NCBI GenBank assembly: GCA_963731995.1
Contig: CAVSXV010000004.1
Coordinates: 64,973 to 128,972, forward strand
Reading direction: 5' to 3'
From: an uncultured Chloroflexia bacterium
GTDB lineage: Bacteria > Chloroflexota > Limnocylindria > Limnocylindrales > CSP1-4
Length of the DNA: 64,000 bases
This document shows, one piece after another, positions 59,837-64,000 of this stretch (its first letter is position 1; every line of letters begins with the position of its first letter). Made by a program: the position numbers and the translations under genes. Below the pieces are notes generated by a model. The model had not been told where the DNA came from, did no database searches, and saw only the letters and a program-made list of their open reading frames with translations.

Positions 59837-62200
59837 CTACTGCTGGGCCATCAGCCGGCGCATCGTCGACTCGTCGTCCTCGATGAGCTCGCCGGTCACG
59901 TCGAGCACGACCTCGTGGATCACGCCGGTGAACTGGTACGGAGCCTGGTAGACATCCGGCAGCACAGGAGCGCCGGAGTCGTAGCCGCAGGACAGGCCCT
60001 CGAGCTCGAACATCGCCGGTGTCGTGTGCGGGGCCTCGGCCTGGCCGACCAGTTGGCCATCCACGTATAGCTGCAACCGTCCCGGCGCCCCCTTGCCGAC
60101 GGCGAAGTCGGGCGCTCCCGTGGGTTCGAACTCGAAACGCAGCTTGTGCCGGCCCTCCGGCACCGGGTCGGCGGAGCGGACCGAGAAGAAGTCCCGGGCC
60201 ACATAGTTGAGCCCGTACTCGAGCCGGTCATCCCTGAGGTAGAAGGCGAAGCCACCTGCGGCGCCACCCTGCGCGAGAAGGATGCCCTCGGCTCCGCCCG
60301 CAGGGATGGTCACATCAGCCTCGATGCTGTGGGGCCGATTGACGATCTTGGGGGTGGCCGCCTGCGGGATCGCGCTGAGACCTGGGTAGTACGTGAAGCG
60401 GGATCGCGGGCGAGATGTCATGGGCCGCTCCACCACGAGGCGGCTCTTCACGTCGCCATCGATGGGCAGCACCTGGTACTTGCCAGCTTCCACCCACCAC
60501 TGCGCGATCAGCTCGCGGAGCTTGGCGGGATGCTCGGCCGCGACGTTGGTGGACTCGGTCGGGTCCTCAGTGATATGGAAGAGTTCCCAGCCCTCGGTCT
60601 CGAGTTCATCGAGCTCATCAGGGCCGATGGGCGAGCCGAACGCACGGCCCTTCTTGGCGGCCGTGGTGAAGTCGACTCCGGGCCACGGGCACACCGCTCG
60701 CCAGCCGTCATGATCGATGGCGCGGTGACCGAACATCTCGAAGTACTGCGTGGTGTGCTCGGACAGCGTGGCCGGGTCGTCGAACGATGGTGCGAAGGAG
60801 ACACCTTCGATCGGCGCCTGGGTCACGCCGCGGACGGCGGCCGGCGCGTCGATGCCCAACGCGTCGAGGACCGTCGGCACCATGTCGATGGCGTGCGCGT
60901 ACTGCTCACGGACTTCGCCACGCGCCTCGATACCGGCCGGCCAGGCCATGATGAACGGATCGGTCGAGCCACCTCGGTAGGTCTCGCGCTTCCAGCGCCG
61001 GAAGGGCGTGTCACCGGCCCATGCCCAGCCCCATGGATAGTGGTTGTAGGAGCGCGTGTCGCCGAGCGTATCGATCTTGGCCAGGTTCTCCTCGAGCGAC
61101 TCCGGCGCGTTGTTGAAGAAAAGCATCTCGTTGGCCGAGCCCTGCGGACCACCCTCGGCCGAAGCGCCGTTGTCGCTGATCACCATGGTGATGGTGTTGT
61201 CGAGCTCGCCGATCTGCTCGAGCGCGTCGAGGACCCGTCCGAAGTGGTGGTCGGTGAAGCTGACGAACCCGGCGTAGACCTCCATGAAGCGGGCGTAGAG
61301 CCGCTGCTCCTCTGCTGAGAGCGAACCCCACTCGGGCACATCCGGATCGCGGAAGGGCAGGACCGCGTGCTGGGGCACGATGCCCAGCTCCTTCTGGCGC
61401 GCGAAGACCTTCTCGCGATAGGCGTCCCAGCCATCATCGAAGACACCCTTGTACTTGTCGGCCCACTCCTTGGCCACGTGATGCGGCGCGTGGCCACAGC
61501 CGGTGGCGTAGTACATGAAGAAGGGCTTCTCGGGCGCGTTCACGTGGGCGTCGAGGATCATCTTGATGGCCTGGTCGGCGAGATCCTCACTGAGGTGATA
61601 GCCCTGCTCGGGTGTCTTCGGCGGTTCGACCGCGCGGTTGTCTTCAGTGAGGTCGGGGTACCACTGGTTGGTCTCGCCGCCGAGGAAGCCGTAGAAACGC
61701 TCGAAGCCGCGTCCGACCGGCCAGCGGTGGAAGGGCCCGGCAGGCGTGTTGTCCTCGGCCGGGCTCAGGTGCCACTTGCCGACACAGAACGTGTTGTAGC
61801 CCTCGGCCCGCAGGATCTCACTGAGCATGCCGTTCTCGAAGGGCATGCGCGCGTCGTAGCCGGGATAGCCGGTGGCCGTCTCCATGATCGAGGCGACGCC
61901 GTTGGAGTGATGGTTGCGGCCGGTCAGGATGCACGAACGGGTGGGCGAGCAGAGCGCCGTCGTGTGCATGTTGGAGAACTTCAGACCCATGGCCGCGACG
62001 CGGTCGATGTTGGGTGTCTCGACCAGGCCCCCGAAGGTCGACAGCTGCCCGTAGCCAACGTCGTCAAGCACGAAGAAGAGGACGTTGGGCGCGCCTTCAG
62101 GGGCGCGGGCCGGCTGCGGCCAGGCTGGCGACGAATCGGCCGTCGTCAGGCCGATCCGGCCCGGGAACCGTGAGCCATGGGGATATTCGGTGACCGGCAT
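59837..62200 (-). CDS. Arylsulfatase (type I sulfatase, Cys-type formylglycine site)
   Basis: Intact 787-aa ORF. 'NVLFFVLDDVGYGQLSTFGG' and the sulfatase signature 'ALCSPTRSCILTGRNHHSNG' (C-x-P-x-R) are present, with 'FFMYYATGCGHAPHH' later in the protein. Confidence 0.9.
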   Translation of the reverse strand: MPVTEYPHGSRFPGRIGLTTADSSPAWPQPARAPEGAPNVLFFVLDDVGYGQLSTFGGLVETPNIDRVAAMGLKFSNMHTTALCSPTRSCILTGRNHHSNGVASIMETATGYPGYDARMPFENGMLSEILRAEGYNTFCVGKWHLSPAEDNTPAGPFHRWPVGRGFERFYGFLGGETNQWYPDLTEDNRAVEPPKTPEQGYHLSEDLADQAIKMILDAHVNAPEKPFFMYYATGCGHAPHHVAKEWADKYKGVFDDGWDAYREKVFARQKELGIVPQHAVLPFRDPDVPEWGSLSAEEQRLYARFMEVYAGFVSFTDHHFGRVLDALEQIGELDNTITMVISDNGASAEGGPQGSANEMLFFNNAPESLEENLAKIDTLGDTRSYNHYPWGWAWAGDTPFRRWKRETYRGGSTDPFIMAWPAGIEARGEVREQYAHAIDMVPTVLDALGIDAPAAVRGVTQAPIEGVSFAPSFDDPATLSEHTTQYFEMFGHRAIDHDGWRAVCPWPGVDFTTAAKKGRAFGSPIGPDELDELETEGWELFHITEDPTESTNVAAEHPAKLRELIAQWWVEAGKYQVLPIDGDVKSRLVVERPMTSRPRSRFTYYPGLSAIPQAATPKIVNRPHSIEADVTIPAGGAEGILLAQGGAAGGFAFYLRDDRLEYGLNYVARDFFSVRSADPVPEGRHKLRFEFEPTGAPDFAVGKGAPGRLQLYVDGQLVGQAEAPHTTPAMFELEGLSCGYDSGAPVLPDVYQAPYQFTGVIHEVVLDVTGELIEDDESTMRRLMAQQ

Positions 62201-62473
62201 CGGGCGCTCCTCGGGTGGCAGTGCGTGTCCTCACGGATGGGTGTCTTCACAGTATGCACAGCAGTTCGGTGTGCGGTTCGGGATCGGCCGTCTGGCCAGC
62301 GCCGCACGCCGGTCCAGTTCGATGGTGGCCGAACGAAGTTCACGTCGGCGAGACCGTGTGTATCCCACTGGGGACGGCTAGGATGTCGCGACGCGAGGAT
62401 CGCACCGTGCCGCGGCAGACCACAGTCGGTCGACGGTAGGTTACGAGTCCCATCATCGACTTCGAGGAATTGA

Positions 62474-63229
62474 GTGATGAACAATGACGTTCGGATCGGC
62501 ATCGCCGAAGCCATCGGCACGGCGGTCCTGGTGTTCGGTGGCGCGGGCACCGCGATCTTCGCCACCGGCGGCTTCAACGAGGGCTTGAGCGTCGGAATCC
62601 TCGGGGTCTCGCTCGCGTTCGGGCTCAGCCTCCTGTGTATGGCCTACCTGATCGGCCACATCTCTGGTTGCCACGTCAACCCGGCCGTCACCATCGGCAT
62701 GCTCGCGACCCGCAAGCTCGCTGTCGCGAAGTCAGCGCCGTACTTCATCGGCCAGTTCGTCGGCGGCATCGTCGGTGCGGGCCTCATCGCGCTCATCCTG
62801 ATCGGCACCGACGGCTACATGACGCTGGCCCAGGACTCCGGCTTCGCGTCGAACGGCTACGGTGTCCACTCGCCAGCGGGCTTCGACCTGCTCTCGGTGG
62901 CGGTCCTCGAGGTCGTCACCACCGCCGTGTTCGTTCTGATCGTCCTGGGCACGACGAACGAGCACGGCGTACCGAAGGGTTTCGGCCCCCTCGCCGCCGG
63001 CATCGGACTCACGCTCGTGCACATGGTCTCGATCCCCGTCTCGAACGCGTCGGTCAACCCCGCCCGTTCGCTGGCGACGGCAGTCTTCCAGGGTGACTGG
63101 GCCCTCAGCCAGGTCTGGGTGTTCTTCCTGTTCCCGGCCATCGGGGCGCTGCTTGCCGGCGGGATCTGGCTCTTCATCACCGCCCAGCCGAAGGCGGCCG
63201 CTGAGAGCGGAGGGTCCCGGCCGGCCTGA
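62474..63229 (+). CDS. aqpZ: Aquaporin Z / MIP-family channel
   Basis: Intact. The two NPA boxes are 'HISGCHVNPAVTIG' and 'SVNPARSLATAV'. The start is GTG 62474 or ATG 62477 (RBS gaggaa). Confidence 0.9.
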   Translation: MMNNDVRIGIAEAIGTAVLVFGGAGTAIFATGGFNEGLSVGILGVSLAFGLSLLCMAYLIGHISGCHVNPAVTIGMLATRKLAVAKSAPYFIGQFVGGIVGAGLIALILIGTDGYMTLAQDSGFASNGYGVHSPAGFDLLSVAVLEVVTTAVFVLIVLGTTNEHGVPKGFGPLAAGIGLTLVHMVSIPVSNASVNPARSLATAVFQGDWALSQVWVFFLFPAIGALLAGGIWLFITAQPKAAAESGGSRPA

Positions 63230-63424
63230 GGAGTCTGCGGCGCAGACCCCGGCGCAGTGGGCGCCACAACGGGGCATGTCTGAGGGCGCGCTGAACTCTC
63301 CGATCCCTACCTCGACAGGCGACTATGCTTGTGCCATGCCTCGGCTGGAAGGTGAGCCACTGCCAAGTGCAGAGGCCACGTGCCACGTCGGAACCTGCCG
63401 CTGGCCGTCCGGTGGAGGTTGGTG

Positions 63425-64000
63425 ATGGATCGCCAGTACCTGCAGGGCATGGTGCCCGCTGCGGCGCTCTTGCCGCTCCGCGTGTTCCTCGGGTTCACGT
63501 TCGTCTTCGCAGGGCTCGACAAGCTGCTCGACCCTGCGTTCCTCGACCCGGCGTCATCGAGTGGCATCAATGCTCAGCTCGAGGCGTTCACCCATGTTTC
63601 ACCGCTCGCACCGCTCATCGAGGCGGTAGCGCTACCCGCGCCGTTCGCCGTCGGCTTGCTCATGGCTCTCGGCGAGATCGCAGTCGGGCTCGGGGCTCTC
63701 AGCGGGATCCTCTACCGGATCTCGGCGGCCGGCGGCGCCTTGATCTCGTTGACCTTCCTGCTGACCGCATCCTGGACCGTGCGCCCCTTCTACCTCGGCA
63801 ATGACCTGCCCTACCTGGCCGGCTGGATCACGCTCGCGATCGCCGGTTCGGGCGGCGTGCTCGTCCTCGGACCCTGGCTCGAGCAGAGGCTGGGCCGGCG
63901 CCAACCAGGCGCCGCCGGGAAGCAGGGAGAGCTGGCTCCGGGTGCCGTCGAGTCTCCGGGTCGGCGGCTGTTCCTTGGCGCGCTGGTCCTGGGCGGGGTC
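63425..64000 (+). CDS. DoxX/DoxD-like membrane protein, 3' end outside the window; carries an internal twin-arginine-like motif
   Basis: This gene is not in the ORF track because it has no stop in the window. My own translation from ATG 63425 is 'MDRQYLQGMVPAAALLPLRVFLGFTFVFAGLDKLLDP...GEIAVGLGALSGILYRISAAGGALISLTFLLTASW...AGWITLAIAGSGGVLVLGPW...GRRLFLGALVLGGV'. The frame is open to nt 64000. Confidence 0.55.
   Translation, partial: MDRQYLQGMVPAAALLPLRVFLGFTFVFAGLDKLLDPAFLDPASSSGINAQLEAFTHVSPLAPLIEAVALPAPFAVGLLMALGEIAVGLGALSGILYRISAAGGALISLTFLLTASWTVRPFYLGNDLPYLAGWITLAIAGSGGVLVLGPWLEQRLGRRQPGAAGKQGELAPGAVESPGRRLFLGALVLGGV

Overview
High-GC bacterial chromosome segment. Spot counts give about 70% GC in the housekeeping parts and 45-60% in part of the glycan locus. 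Gene content and codon bias suggest an Actinomycetota-like organism; this is inference only.

Layout:
- (i) 0.4-7.4 kb, housekeeping genes: rmlB, a membrane-anchored parvulin PPIase, cysC, mazG, rph, rdgB and a PfkB sugar kinase.
- (ii) 8.2-15.2 kb, a LacI-linked sucrose/fructan module: an ABC importer, a GH32/68-like hydrolase and sucrose phosphorylase.
- (iii) 15.3-57.5 kb, a very large ABC-transporter-dependent, rhamnose-based surface-glycan locus. Its core is rmlA/C/D, a WbaP-like priming transferase, wzm/wzt, a triple-GT2 protein and at least 8 further glycosyltransferases including a GT-C-like membrane protein. Its modification genes include 4 sulfotransferase paralogs, a pyruvyl transferase, a zinc-ribbon methyltransferase, a QueC-like PP-loop ATPase, a CapK-like adenylating enzyme, 2 GH26 hydrolases, a sortase and a DUF4012 protein.
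- (iv) 57.6-64 kb: vapBC, a DUF4239 protein, an arylsulfatase, an aquaporin and a DoxX-like protein that runs off the window.

I saw no rRNA, tRNA, CRISPR array, transposase or integrase.

Two caveats and anomalies dominate.
- Roughly half of the gene models can only be read by hopping between frames. There are many 1-nt indels, and they are unevenly distributed. All spans typed 'pseudogene' are therefore hand-traced and approximate, and the lesions may be sequencing errors.
- wzt is split at its Walker A box by a roughly 124-bp degraded tandem duplication that contains a 22% GC stretch.

All calls come from reading the supplied translations and the raw sequence. No searches were run.
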